In this document: one piece after another, positions 1 to 10,388 of the stretch
Layout: every line of letters starts with the position of its first letter
Position numbering within the stretch: position 1 is the first letter of the stretch
Virus record (IMG/VR): IMGVR_UViG_3300028886_000035
Location: 32,001 to 96,000 of that record
DNA length: 64,000 nucleotides
From: a virus
Lineage: Duplodnaviria > Caudoviricetes
Reading direction: 5' to 3' (one strand)
Made by a program: the position numbers and the translations under genes
Notes under the pieces: model-generated
Told to the model about the DNA's origin: nothing
Databases searched by the model: none
What the model saw: the letters and a program-made list of their open reading frames with translations, nothing else

Positions 1-290
1 TAATTATATTTATTATCTTCTGTATTTACCCCTAAACAAAATACAGTATTATTATTTCCATCCATTAATCCATGAGTATTTTCTTTATACTGAAAATACT
101 TTAATACATTTTGATTTAACTTTAAATCATATACAGTATGATTTAAAAAAAATGTTAAATTTTTATTAATACCACAGTAAATATTATCGTCTGTAAAATA
201 AGCAGTTTTTATTTCTTTTGGGTCATTAATAAAAATATTATTATTTTCTTTTAATAACAAACCATTATTTGTTATTATTTCCCAATGCAT
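1..290 (-). CDS. Hypothetical protein, partial (runs off the window start)
   Basis: ATG at 290 just after the stop of the 292..795 ORF; reading frame MHWEIITNNGLLLKE... stays open to base 1 (own translation). Confidence 0.7.
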   Translation of the reverse strand, partial: MHWEIITNNGLLLKENNNIFINDPKEIKTAYFTDDNIYCGINKNLTFFLNHTVYDLKLNQNVLKYFQYKENTHGLMDGNNNTVFCLGVNTEDNKYN

Positions 291-291
291 A

Positions 292-795
292 TTATTCATA
301 ATTATACAAAAAATCTAATGTAAAGAAATATTTATACTTCTTTACCATAGAATTTTCCTTTAACTTTATTTTTGTTTGAATTGTAGCATGGTCTGATACA
401 CCTAGAATTGCTCCATATTCATCAGAAGCATTTCCTTGAATATCTTTTAACTCTCTATGAGACATATCTACTGGTTGAAATTCAGATTTCATATCATACG
501 TAGTACAACGTGCATATAAAAATGGATTCAAATCTCTACTTTCAGGAGGAATAGTAATACGTAACCTGCAATTGTTTGCATTTTGACAAATCATTTGTGG
601 CGTACCACCATCCCATGCAGGTTCATTATTCCAAATATCAAATTCAACAATAAATTCAGATTCTCCACCTGTTAAACCATTACATTTACCATAATAAATT
701 TTTTTATTCTGAGCGGTACTAGCTAATCCTAATACTTGTTCACCTGTAGCATTATCAACTACTCTAGTATAATAAGTCATTCTAGGATAAATCAT
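292..795 (-). CDS. Hypothetical phage protein, possibly structural (beta-rich)
   Basis: 167-aa ORF with GAGGTG RBS; no recognised motif. Confidence 0.6.
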   Translation of the reverse strand: MIYPRMTYYTRVVDNATGEQVLGLASTAQNKKIYYGKCNGLTGGESEFIVEFDIWNNEPAWDGGTPQMICQNANNCRLRITIPPESRDLNPFLYARCTTYDMKSEFQPVDMSHRELKDIQGNASDEYGAILGVSDHATIQTKIKLKENSMVKKYKYFFTLDFLYNYE

Positions 796-808
796 TTGTT
801 ATACCACC

Positions 809-1045
809 TCATTGAACCACATATACAACATCATCAAATATTTTATATGCAGTACCACAATTTTTACATACCAAATATCCTTCTTTTTCTGTCAAAGGAG
901 AATATTTACATTCCGGACAACGATAATTTTTTACATCAGCAGAATCTAATTCTTTTAAAGGTATCATATCTTCCCCATCTAGCGGATTAATTTCTACATC
1001 AATGTATTCCAAATCTCCATTTGTAATAGCAACTAAGCGTTTCAT
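809..1045 (-). CDS. Small zinc-ribbon protein with N-terminal MKRLVA motif
   Basis: CPEC...CKNCG; GAGGTG RBS. Confidence 0.7.
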   Translation of the reverse strand: MKRLVAITNGDLEYIDVEINPLDGEDMIPLKELDSADVKNYRCPECKYSPLTEKEGYLVCKNCGTAYKIFDDVVYVVQ

Positions 1046-1060
1046 TTAAACACCTCGTTA

Positions 1061-1459
1061 TTATTCTTCTTCTATTTCTTTGTTTTCTTCAAGAATTTCA
1101 CTTAATTCAGGAGGATAATCTGTACTATCTCCATATTCAATTACATCATCTGACAAAGTATCAATATCAATATATCCTTTTATATAATCTTCGTCACATG
1201 AACGCAAATTACCATATCCATCAATTAATACAAAATCATCTGAAAAATTAAAATCAGAAAAACAACCAAGTCTAAAACATTCTTCTTTATCCTTAGTCTC
1301 TAAAAATTCGTCTAATTCATCCATTGGAAAAAAATCTATATATTGAAATACATATGAATTACATGCATCTGATACAGACATTAATTCATATACACCCATA
1401 TCATTTAAACAATTCATTACATCATCTTTTAAACTAGCAATAACTTTACGATTTTTCAT
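1061..1459 (-). CDS. Acidic hypothetical protein
   Basis: 132 aa, very D/E-rich, FSDDFVLIDGYGNL motif; basic N-terminus MKNRKVIAS. Confidence 0.65.
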   Translation of the reverse strand: MKNRKVIASLKDDVMNCLNDMGVYELMSVSDACNSYVFQYIDFFPMDELDEFLETKDKEECFRLGCFSDFNFSDDFVLIDGYGNLRSCDEDYIKGYIDIDTLSDDVIEYGDSTDYPPELSEILEENKEIEEE

Positions 1460-1510
1460 AATATAATCATTCCTTTACTATTTTTTAGCATCTAATAAAA
1501 ATATAAAAAT

Positions 1511-2620
1511 TTACACATCTATTATTTGATTATTCTGCATAAACCCATCACAATCTACAACTAATTTATATTTCCCATGATTTAAATTTAATTCAAATTG
1601 TCCTTCTAAAGTAGTTGTATCTTGACATTCTAATTCATACATATCTTTTTCTATATTATATTTATATGCTTTAACGATAGCATTTTCAATTCCATTACCA
1701 TGAGCATCTAATATAAAATCAATTAATTTTTCTGTACCATGACCATTATCAACTTTAGTTTCTGTAATTTGTGTATTATTAATTTTAATTTCCTCTATTG
1801 ATTTTGAACCATCATTATACACATTCATTTGAAATTTTTTCTTTACACCTGATGGCAGTTGTATCTGCATAATATATGAACCATTATCTAAAAACGCTTT
1901 CCACTTACCTTTTTGATTTGTTTTTGTTTCTATAAGCGGATGTTCCAAATCATTTGTATCATATATCACAATATTTATACCTGATACACCCATTTTGTTT
2001 TTTGCAGTAAATTCATCTTCAATTTTAAACAATCCATTACCTAAACTTACATCAGATAACTTTTCTATACCTATATTATTAAATTGAATTTCTTCTTTTG
2101 AATCTCCAATTTGTGCTCTAATAGAACGAGTTTCATAACCATCTAGCGCGAATTTAAATTCATAATCACTAGGGAAAATTTTTGCTTCCCATTTACCATC
2201 TTCATCTGTTGTTGTTTGATATACTATATTATTATTCTCTAAATCTATAATTTGCACTTTTACATCTTTTATAATTCTATTACTATTTATATCATTTACA
2301 TATCCATATAAATAAACTGTATTATTATCATCTATATTTTTTGGCACAATATTAAAAGAATCTAATGAATTTAATTTTTCTCCATTATATTCTCCTTGAT
2401 AAACAATTACATATTTCCCATAATTTTCACATACATTTGTATCAAAATTATATATATAACCATTATCAAACTGTTCCATTGCTTGCCAAGGTAAATCTTC
2501 ATATACTTTGTCTTTATATTCATGTAATATTCTAACTTTTGGATTTTTTACATTAACAATATTATTATCTTTCTTAAATTCATAATATAATGTTTTTGTA
2601 TCTCCTTTATATAAATCCAT
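1511..2620 (-). CDS. Protein with tandem carboxypeptidase-regulatory/CnaB-like beta-sandwich domains, probably virion-associated
   Basis: Three repeats of the TTTDEDGKW / TKTNQKGKW / TTTLEGQF pattern, each followed by Y-x-hydrophobic strands; probable start MDLY at 2620 after GGTGGTG. Confidence 0.6.
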   Translation of the reverse strand: MDLYKGDTKTLYYEFKKDNNIVNVKNPKVRILHEYKDKVYEDLPWQAMEQFDNGYIYNFDTNVCENYGKYVIVYQGEYNGEKLNSLDSFNIVPKNIDDNNTVYLYGYVNDINSNRIIKDVKVQIIDLENNNIVYQTTTDEDGKWEAKIFPSDYEFKFALDGYETRSIRAQIGDSKEEIQFNNIGIEKLSDVSLGNGLFKIEDEFTAKNKMGVSGINIVIYDTNDLEHPLIETKTNQKGKWKAFLDNGSYIMQIQLPSGVKKKFQMNVYNDGSKSIEEIKINNTQITETKVDNGHGTEKLIDFILDAHGNGIENAIVKAYKYNIEKDMYELECQDTTTLEGQFELNLNHGKYKLVVDCDGFMQNNQIIDV

Positions 2621-2653
2621 TGTATCACCACCATTCATACTCTATAAATAAAA

Positions 2654-2690
2654 TAAAGCGTAATTAGTGTTATATACTAATTACGCTTTT
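2654..2690 (-). terminator. Rho-independent terminator
   Basis: AAAGCGTAATTAGT-7nt-ACTAATTACGCTTT inverted repeat downstream of the 2709 gene. Confidence 0.8.
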
Positions 2691-2708
2691 ATTATAAATT
2701 AAATTTTA

Positions 2709-3281
2709 TCAAAACTTAAAGTTAAGACCTGTTTCCTTCATCTTTGCTTCAACCTGCTTGCAAATTGAATGTGTGGAAGAAACACGATGTTTTGGAAAAT
2801 GCTTCTTTGCAACATTACGAATAGCAGAATGGCAAGCGTCAAGAGTTTCCTCTGTTGCGTCAACCGTAGCCTTTGTAATCTTTTCAATAGCTTCTTTGCA
2901 CTCATCTGGTGTAATATCGCTCTTTGCAGTCTTAATACGAGCTTGCTTAGAAACTCTCTTATCAAAACGGGAAGAAATACCTTCTTGAAGAAGGTTCTTC
3001 TGTAAACGTGTAAGTGAAGCACTTACATACTTCGCAGGAAAATACTGCTTAACAAGTGTCTCTGCGTCAAGAAGAATCTTCTCCATACGAGCATCAAGTT
3101 TCTTTGCAAAACGGTCTGCAAGAATACTTGTCTGCTTTGCAATCTTCTTACGCTCTGCAATAGCTTCCTTCATAGCAATCTTCTTATTATCAACTTTCTT
3201 AGCAACAGTCTTACGTTGCTCTGCACGTTTCTTATCCATAGCATGTTTCTTAATAATTCTACGCATTTGTTCCTTTGTCAT
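2709..3281 (-). CDS. Basic (K/R/A-rich) protein, candidate internal head or DNA-binding protein
   Basis: Probable start MTKEQ at 3281 after AGGAG; internal repeat VKQYFPAKYVSAS / AKKHFPKHRVSST; raised GC like the capsid genes. Confidence 0.6.
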   Translation of the reverse strand: MTKEQMRRIIKKHAMDKKRAEQRKTVAKKVDNKKIAMKEAIAERKKIAKQTSILADRFAKKLDARMEKILLDAETLVKQYFPAKYVSASLTRLQKNLLQEGISSRFDKRVSKQARIKTAKSDITPDECKEAIEKITKATVDATEETLDACHSAIRNVAKKHFPKHRVSSTHSICKQVEAKMKETGLNFKF

Positions 3282-3304
3282 TATACAATAATCTCCTTTT
3301 ATAA

Positions 3305-4123
3305 TCAATGCTTTAACATAGCCATAAGAATTGGGTTCTTACGTTTCTTAGCAACCTTCTTGCTTGCAGCAACAGGTTTCTTATCTTCTGTGTCCGTATC
3401 TTCTTCTACAGGAGCTTCATCTTCAGAATGAACTTCATCTACATCTTCTGTATCTTCAGAAACTTCTTTTTCATCAAAAGGTTCTTCGTCTACATCATCA
3501 AATGTAAAATCATCTTCTGGTTCATCATCAACAGGCATTTTGTCCTCTACAGGAGTTTCTTCTGTATCTTCTTCAACAACAGGGACATCTTCATCAGAAG
3601 GAACTTCATCTGTTACTTCTGCATCAGGTACAAGTTCCTCTGTTTCAACAGGAGCACTTTCTTCCATAAGAACAGGATTCTGATAACGTGCTTGTGGTGT
3701 TGTATCATGGTCTACAGTATCTTCCTTAGCGATTTGTTCTTCTGTCTTACGAGCAGCTTCTTCAAAATCAGAAATTTCTGATGTTTCACGAACATTATAA
3801 TCATAAACTGCACCTGGGTCTGTATAAGCGCGTGTTTCAGGGCTTGTAAGTGGCTTTGTATCAATACCTGCAACCTTCTTCATAACGATACCTTCGCCTT
3901 TGGCATCTTTATAAGAAGCGTTTACTACCTTCCACTTAACATTCTGATATTTAACTGTATTACCGTTAACTGCCTTTGGAAGCATTGACTTAGCAATAAT
4001 AATCATATCAGCACTGGCAATACTTTTCTTCGCAACCTTCTTACTAGCAACTGTTGTCTTTTGTTTAGTTGCACTCTTTTTACGAGATTCAGCAAAATCT
4101 TCTAACCATGAGATTTTCTTCAT
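3305..4123 (-). CDS. Candidate scaffold or internal head protein (basic termini, acidic core); paralog of 59954..61969
   Basis: KKVA repeats at both ends, D/E/P-rich core; SWLEDF and AYTDP..YDYN motifs shared with the 671-aa ORF. Confidence 0.6.
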   Translation of the reverse strand: MKKISWLEDFAESRKKSATKQKTTVASKKVAKKSIASADMIIIAKSMLPKAVNGNTVKYQNVKWKVVNASYKDAKGEGIVMKKVAGIDTKPLTSPETRAYTDPGAVYDYNVRETSEISDFEEAARKTEEQIAKEDTVDHDTTPQARYQNPVLMEESAPVETEELVPDAEVTDEVPSDEDVPVVEEDTEETPVEDKMPVDDEPEDDFTFDDVDEEPFDEKEVSEDTEDVDEVHSEDEAPVEEDTDTEDKKPVAASKKVAKKRKNPILMAMLKH

Positions 4124-4167
4124 TTATATACACATCCTTAAATTTGCAAATTTAAAAATATTTGTTA

Positions 4168-4719
4168 TTATTTTGAACTTTTACGAGTTGTTGTTTTTTT
4201 TGTCGTAGAAGTTGTTTTTTTAGTTGATGCTTTATTTGTTTTCGTTGTACTTTTAGCACCTGTTTTAGAAGCACCATCAGCAACAACAACATCTGATTTT
4301 ACATCAGATTTAGTTTCTTTTGAAGAAGTACTTGACGCACCTGTAGCATCTACCACATCATCGTCTTTTTCTCCATTTTTTTCTTCAACCAAAGTCTTTT
4401 TATTTTCCTTTAGCTTATCAGCAGAAGAAGTCTTTGAAGCATTTGTTGCATTAATTACAGTAGTTTCTTCTTCTACATTCTTTGTTTTTACAGGAACTTC
4501 TTTAACATCAGAAGAAACCTTCTTTTCAGCAACTTTTTTAGCTTGCTTTTCGTTCCCAACCTTTGTTGCCGTAAGATATTCGCCTAGAAAAACTTTTATA
4601 TCTGTTGAATTTTCAAATTCTTCATCGGAAAATGTTTTTACAGTTTTAATAGGAGTGAACTCAAAGTTAAGGTCTTTGACATATATATTATAGTTGCCAT
4701 TTAAAGTAACCTTATACAA
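4168..4719 (-). CDS. Hypothetical protein with K/T/S-rich low-complexity C-terminus
   Basis: TTG start after AGGATG; ends STKKTTSTTKKTTTRKSSK. Confidence 0.65.
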   Translation of the reverse strand: MYKVTLNGNYNIYVKDLNFEFTPIKTVKTFSDEEFENSTDIKVFLGEYLTATKVGNEKQAKKVAEKKVSSDVKEVPVKTKNVEEETTVINATNASKTSSADKLKENKKTLVEEKNGEKDDDVVDATGASSTSSKETKSDVKSDVVVADGASKTGAKSTTKTNKASTKKTTSTTKKTTTRKSSK

Positions 4720-4799
4720 AGAACATCATCCTTTTCTTTTTATAATTAAAATTCCTATCTAAAGAGAAAATATAAATTAAATGATAAAATATAACTCAA

Positions 4800-5243
4800 T
4801 TACAACGAATATTCATATACCTCTATACCTTTATCGTTTGCCATTTGAAATTCTTTTATTGATTGTTTCCCTCCACCTATTTTATATAAAATATCTAGCC
4901 GATTAATAAATTCTTCACTTTCATCACCAAAATTTTCTCCATATGAATATATTTCATCACATGGATATAATTCATATTGATAACCTTCTTTTGCCATCAC
5001 ACCAACTAGCGTAAACCATTTCCCATATTTAATGTTTTCATTGTTAGCAATTTCATATACAATAGCAGGAATACCTAAATTAGTAGCACCTGTAATAATA
5101 TTAATTTTTGTATTTAAATTATCATCTGTACAATATTTCCTTTCGATAATTTGGAAAATATCATATATAATTTGTTTTGCTATTTTTTTATCAAATTTAG
5201 TATCACTATAACCAATAAATCCAATATTAATTTCTTTATCCAT
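4800..5243 (-). CDS. SLOG (Smf/DprA-LOG) superfamily protein
   Basis: IGFIG, ITGATNLGIP, GENFGDES, IGGGKQSIKE motifs of a SLOG Rossmannoid fold. Confidence 0.6.
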   Translation of the reverse strand: MDKEINIGFIGYSDTKFDKKIAKQIIYDIFQIIERKYCTDDNLNTKINIITGATNLGIPAIVYEIANNENIKYGKWFTLVGVMAKEGYQYELYPCDEIYSYGENFGDESEEFINRLDILYKIGGGKQSIKEFQMANDKGIEVYEYSL

Positions 5244-5289
5244 ATATTTTCACTACTTTCTATAAAACATTTTTCTGTTTATATTATAA

Positions 5290-5325
5290 AAAATACTCCA
5301 TAGTTTTATACTATGGAGTGTTTTT
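5290..5325 (-). terminator. Rho-independent terminator
   Basis: AAAATACTCCATAG-7nt-CTATGGAGTGTTTT. Confidence 0.75.
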
Positions 5326-5642
5326 TATTCGCCATTATAATATTTATAAATTTTCAAATTCTTAATAGTGTAATCCAAATTATCTAATTTATCAGATATA
5401 TTTTCACAAGATGTTTTTAAATCTTCTATATCATTTGTATTGTTATTTGACATAATCATACTATCCCCTGTGTTACGCAGAATAACTTGCTGATTATGTT
5501 CTAATTTATCAATACGATTAGATAATTTTTCTCCTTGTTGCTTGATTTCATCAATTTGTCTCATCAAAGTAATGATTCCTTCTAAAATTGAATCAATTTT
5601 AGCACCATTATTATTTGAATAACTGTCAAACTTTGTATCCAT
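5325..5642 (-). CDS. Coiled-coil hypothetical protein
   Basis: Heptad pattern throughout 105 aa. Confidence 0.6.
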   Translation of the reverse strand: MDTKFDSYSNNNGAKIDSILEGIITLMRQIDEIKQQGEKLSNRIDKLEHNQQVILRNTGDSMIMSNNNTNDIEDLKTSCENISDKLDNLDYTIKNLKIYKYYNGE

Positions 5643-5643
5643 C

Positions 5644-5868
5644 TTACATCAACTCTGTCGTTGTATAAGAAACATTATATTCACCCTTGGAAGTGAACTT
5701 AACCGTTGCCTTTTTCCCTGCACCATCATCAACTGTAATTTTTACAAGACCATGTGATACAAGAAAATTGAGTAGGTCGCCTTTTGCAAATTTTTCCCAT
5801 TGAAGATTATCCATTACTGCCGTTGTTGAATCTACTGCCTGTTCATTTGTTTTTAGTTCATCTGACAT
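5644..5868 (-). CDS. Small hypothetical protein
   Basis: Probable start MSDELK at 5868 after GAGG. Confidence 0.6.
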   Translation of the reverse strand: MSDELKTNEQAVDSTTAVMDNLQWEKFAKGDLLNFLVSHGLVKITVDDGAGKKATVKFTSKGEYNVSYTTTELM

Positions 5869-5928
5869 AATAAATACCTCTTTCAAAAAAACAATTTAAA
5901 CATTTATATTTATATTATACATATACAA

Positions 5929-7719
5929 TTAAATAATGTCAACACATTTATCTATTTTTTTTATTAGACCATCATCTTGACACAACATGCTTTTCAAAAA
6001 TTCATAATCATTTTTATTCAAATGACCACAAATCATTGAATATTTATATAATGCCCATATACCGATTTCTTTTTTAGTTTTATAAATTCTATAAAGTTCT
6101 TCAATATCATTTGTACATAATATATTATATAATTCAGATATATAATTTAAATCATTATCAACATCAACAACAACATTAAATTTATTTAGAATATTGTTGT
6201 TTTCTTTTTCAATATGCTTCTCTAATATATTTAATATGTTACTTCTATTAATATTTTTTTTAGGAATCAATTTATAATCAATTATATATTTAATACAATC
6301 ATCAGGAATTAATCCGTACAATTCATTATATTTTTGCAATTTTATCAATTTTCTTACGAATGTTCCATTTATATCAAAATTTTTATTTTTTAGTTTTTTT
6401 CTTGGTATACATATTACATTAATATCATATTGCCAAAACATAGTTTTAAGAAGATTGATATGTTGTGATGTTACATTATCATTTGTTTCTATTCCACATA
6501 AAAAATGTTTTATATTAAATTTTATAAAAATATTCCTTACTATATCCAACAAAGTATATGTATTGCTACCAATATAATTTTTATTTTTCCTTATGCATAA
6601 ATTGTTATATTCCTTCCAAAATGTTTGATAAGAAAAAATATCTGGTAGTGTAATTACAACAACGTTATTATATTTCTTAGTCCCAATTTTAACTAAACTC
6701 TCACAATTTTTTTTATCAAAAATTAAGTCTATACCACTTTGCATTAAAAATACAATGAATTTATCAAACAACTTTGACCCAACTGATACCAAATAATCAT
6801 GTCCTAATGTATATGGATTACAACTCATAACTGTTGCTCCTACATTTTCATAAGCATACAAATTCATATTATTTAATTCATTATATAACGTTTGTATTTT
6901 GGTATTATTTATTTTATTATTATTAATAAAATCATATACTTTTAATTTTAAATAAATTAAATTAGAAATTTCTTCATATGCAAATGATGTATAGTGTGCA
7001 AAATCAATAAATTTATTATATGTTGTATTAGAATTAAAATAATCGTTTAAATAAATTGTTGCATAGTTATTAACAAAATCATTAAAATATATTTTTGGTA
7101 TACAACATATTACAATATCATTATTTAATATTTTTGTGTTTATTACTCTATGAAACATATTTTCTATAGTTTCACCATTTGTAGCGAAATTATGAACACA
7201 AAAACTTTTAACTTTTTTCTGCAAATAGCTTGCCATCGTTTCTTCATCAGAAACATAATATCCTAATATAGTTGAATTACCAAACAAAAAAATGTTTTTA
7301 TTCACATTTTTTTGATTTACAGTTCTTCGTTCTCCGTTTTTTATATTCATTGTTTTAGATTGATAATCTTCAACACAAAAAAATGATGAGTGTTGTACGT
7401 TATCAGGATTATCATTTGATATTGACAATAAATATTCTTCATCATATTCACGAAAACAATTATAATATAATTTTTTATTATGTTGAACAACATCTATAAA
7501 TTTATCTTTTGAAAAATTCTTTAACACAACATTAAATTCATTGTTATATGAATATTTATTATTGTATACATCGTCAGAAAATATATTACTAATACACCTT
7601 TCAAAATTATTTTTATTTATTACGTCTTTAACACACGGTTGTTCTAATAAAAATAATTTCCCACCCCTTATAGAAACATATTTATCTATATCTTTTAAAA
7701 TTGTATTTATATTTCCCAT
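5929..7719 (-). CDS. Fusion of an SGNH/GDSL-like domain and a citrate-lyase-ligase (CitC)-like HIGH nucleotidyltransferase domain
   Basis: LFGNST and DFAH (SGNH blocks); GATVMSCNPYTLGHDYLV and INGTFVRK (CitC C-terminal signatures). Confidence 0.6.
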   Translation of the reverse strand: MGNINTILKDIDKYVSIRGGKLFLLEQPCVKDVINKNNFERCISNIFSDDVYNNKYSYNNEFNVVLKNFSKDKFIDVVQHNKKLYYNCFREYDEEYLLSISNDNPDNVQHSSFFCVEDYQSKTMNIKNGERRTVNQKNVNKNIFLFGNSTILGYYVSDEETMASYLQKKVKSFCVHNFATNGETIENMFHRVINTKILNNDIVICCIPKIYFNDFVNNYATIYLNDYFNSNTTYNKFIDFAHYTSFAYEEISNLIYLKLKVYDFINNNKINNTKIQTLYNELNNMNLYAYENVGATVMSCNPYTLGHDYLVSVGSKLFDKFIVFLMQSGIDLIFDKKNCESLVKIGTKKYNNVVVITLPDIFSYQTFWKEYNNLCIRKNKNYIGSNTYTLLDIVRNIFIKFNIKHFLCGIETNDNVTSQHINLLKTMFWQYDINVICIPRKKLKNKNFDINGTFVRKLIKLQKYNELYGLIPDDCIKYIIDYKLIPKKNINRSNILNILEKHIEKENNNILNKFNVVVDVDNDLNYISELYNILCTNDIEELYRIYKTKKEIGIWALYKYSMICGHLNKNDYEFLKSMLCQDDGLIKKIDKCVDII

Positions 7720-8540
7720 TCTTTTTCCTCCATTGAACTAATTTTCCAATCAACCAAGGAATGTTTATGGCAATATTTACAAAAATTTATTCCTTCATCT
7801 TTATTATTTAATTCTATTATCTTATCTAAATTATTTATATTAAAAATATTAACATAATCTTTTCCATAGACCACTTTATATTTTTTATAAAAATAAACAT
7901 TGTACTTATCAATATTAGCAGGAATAATACAGGGGAAATAATCTCCGTTCCAATTTAATTGAGCACATGGAAATACATTATAAAATTCATAATTATTTTT
8001 ATCTTCATTTTGCTTAATTATGTCAATATCACAAGTATAATTATTACAACATTTGTATTTATTATTCCCATCAATATTTAAATTTGTTTTATAAAATTTT
8101 TTGCCAACATAATATTTTGAACACAAAATTTCAATATTATGACAAAAACAGTAGTCCTTAATTCTATCATTTAATAATATTCCATTTGTTACAATTTTCA
8201 AATTAATATTTGGAAAAATTCTTTTTGAAATGTCTAGTATTTCAAAAAGTTTGCTATGTAATAATGGTTCTCCACCCATTAAACTAATTCCATAAAATTT
8301 TTTATCTTTAATAATAAACTTAATCCTATTTAATAAATTTTCAAAAACCTGAACACCTATTTCTTTGTGTTTATAAACTAATGGGGCAAAATGGTCGCAG
8401 TAAGCACAATTTAAATTACAATCTTCAACAATAGATATATCTATTTTTCCTAATCCATTTTTTCGATATGATAATTCATCTATATATTTTTTTATTGTAT
8501 GCATATCTTTTTTTACTAATAAATCTATCATACCAATCAA
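7707..8540 (-). CDS. Radical SAM protein (polysaccharide-locus type)
   Basis: CNLNCAYCDHFAPL, MGGEPLLH, VTNG, C-terminal FCKYC. Confidence 0.85.
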   Translation of the reverse strand: MIGMIDLLVKKDMHTIKKYIDELSYRKNGLGKIDISIVEDCNLNCAYCDHFAPLVYKHKEIGVQVFENLLNRIKFIIKDKKFYGISLMGGEPLLHSKLFEILDISKRIFPNINLKIVTNGILLNDRIKDYCFCHNIEILCSKYYVGKKFYKTNLNIDGNNKYKCCNNYTCDIDIIKQNEDKNNYEFYNVFPCAQLNWNGDYFPCIIPANIDKYNVYFYKKYKVVYGKDYVNIFNINNLDKIIELNNKDEGINFCKYCHKHSLVDWKISSMEEKEWEI

Positions 8541-8541
8541 C

Positions 8542-9405
8542 TCACCCCATGATTAATTTAAGAATTAAGTCATCTTTTTTCATAAATAATTTATTTTCTA
8601 TTTCATTTTTTGTTATATTTAAATTTTGCTCTACATTATCATCAATATTAAATAACGAAAGATAATCAGTTAAACCATCATCTTGTGACTTATTTTTCGG
8701 AGAATAATGTACTTTTTTACCTAACCACAAAAATTCAAATATCATTTTCCCTATATTTTCAGAATATATTCCTTTTGTTATTTCTCTCCACCGTTGATAT
8801 TCTAATTTATTATACATCATATATTTAAATTTAATTTCATCTGTATCTTCAGTATTTCTTACGCTTTCATTAAATACCTGATTTATTACTGGAAATTTAT
8901 TTTTTATAAATTCTAACCTTTCATTTGAAAATTTATGATAATATAAATAATAATTATTCCTATAAAAATTCATATTAATTCGATTACCTAAAACAAAAAC
9001 ATTTTCCATCTGTTCAATATAATTATTTTTTATATTGTTATTTGTAATGTAATCATAAAACATTAAGCCTGAATCCAAAACAATTATTTTATTATAACAA
9101 AATTTCAAACAAGATAAATATTTTGTAATAGAAAATGAAACAATTAAAACATTAAATTTATTATTTTTATAAAATTTATCAATATTATTTATATCTATAA
9201 ATTCACAATTTACTTTATTAAGAGGTAAAGATTTATATATAGTTTTTATGTATAACATTTGTTCTTGTAGCTTCAAGCAATCAATAAAAATATAACATTT
9301 TAAATTAACTACACCATATTTTTTTAAATTGAAATATAAATCAAACAAAGATGTGGTTATTCCATTCATTTGTGGATAAAACAATATAATCCCAACATTA
9401 TCCAT
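8542..9405 (-). CDS. Putative divergent GT-B glycosyltransferase (EX7E family member 1)
   Basis: ENIGKMIFE = E-x7-E; paralog of 13998 and 41406; lies in the glycosyltransferase cluster. Confidence 0.45.
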   Translation of the reverse strand: MDNVGIILFYPQMNGITTSLFDLYFNLKKYGVVNLKCYIFIDCLKLQEQMLYIKTIYKSLPLNKVNCEFIDINNIDKFYKNNKFNVLIVSFSITKYLSCLKFCYNKIIVLDSGLMFYDYITNNNIKNNYIEQMENVFVLGNRINMNFYRNNYYLYYHKFSNERLEFIKNKFPVINQVFNESVRNTEDTDEIKFKYMMYNKLEYQRWREITKGIYSENIGKMIFEFLWLGKKVHYSPKNKSQDDGLTDYLSLFNIDDNVEQNLNITKNEIENKLFMKKDDLILKLIMG

Positions 9406-10388
9406 TATTCTATCATACCTTTTATAATATTCTTTAAATTGTTTTCATCTTTTATTTTTAATATAATATTTCCTTTTTTTGTGACATAATTGTTATTTTT
9501 GATTTTAAAAAATAAATCATTTAAACATTCATCATATAAATTATTTATTATTACTAAATAGTTATAATTATAATATTTTTGTATTGCTTTTAAAACATTA
9601 ATCTTCTTTTCTATATCAAAATCAATAAAATACGATATATCAAAATGTAATTGGTTTACATCAATTTTTAAATCGGTTAAAACAATAGCTTTTCCTTTAT
9701 ACAACTGATAAAACTCATTATATAACATTCTCATATATTGAATTTGTGGATAAACATTCATTATTCTCTTAATATTTTTTCTAATAAAAAATTTTGCTAT
9801 TGGATAATCACAAAATTTATAATTTTTTGTTTTTGAAACATATCTAAAAATAATTTCATCATCTGCCATACGTTTATATCTTAAATCCCACCCACCAAAT
9901 TTATCATAACAAATTCTTTTATGAGCAAAAGAACAAGTGTCAACTTGATTATTTTCAAATATATCAACTTTAGAACAATCTAATCCTTTTTCTTCTATTT
10001 TACCATTATCATATACAATTAAATATTTTGTTGTAATAACTTCTGTATTTTTATCAATATAATTTAATAATTTTTCACAACAATATTTATCAACCTGGTC
10101 ATCATCATCAGGATAAATTACCCATTCACCGGTTGAATGTTCAACACCATAATTTCTTGCATAACAATGTCCATGATTTTTATCAAACCTATATAAAAAT
10201 ACTCTATCATCATTTAATTTATCAATAAAATTTTTCTTTAATTTATATTGATTTTTTTCGGAACAATCATCTACAACAATTAGTTCTATATTTTTATATG
10301 TTTGATTTACAATTGCTTGCACAGATAGCTTGAAATATTCATACCTATTAAAAGTTGGCATTATAAAAGAAAATTTTATTCCATCCAT
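9405..10388 (-). CDS. Glycosyltransferase family 2
   Basis: FSFIMPTFNR, VVDDCS, ARNYG, PDDDD, MADDE. Confidence 0.9.
   Translation of the reverse strand: MDGIKFSFIMPTFNRYEYFKLSVQAIVNQTYKNIELIVVDDCSEKNQYKLKKNFIDKLNDDRVFLYRFDKNHGHCYARNYGVEHSTGEWVIYPDDDDQVDKYCCEKLLNYIDKNTEVITTKYLIVYDNGKIEEKGLDCSKVDIFENNQVDTCSFAHKRICYDKFGGWDLRYKRMADDEIIFRYVSKTKNYKFCDYPIAKFFIRKNIKRIMNVYPQIQYMRMLYNEFYQLYKGKAIVLTDLKIDVNQLHFDISYFIDFDIEKKINVLKAIQKYYNYNYLVIINNLYDECLNDLFFKIKNNNYVTKKGNIILKIKDENNLKNIIKGMIE

Noticed and set aside
5929-7719. Genuine citrate lyase ligase (citC)
   Set aside because: No citD/E/F nearby, and the N-terminal domain is SGNH-like rather than GNAT-like
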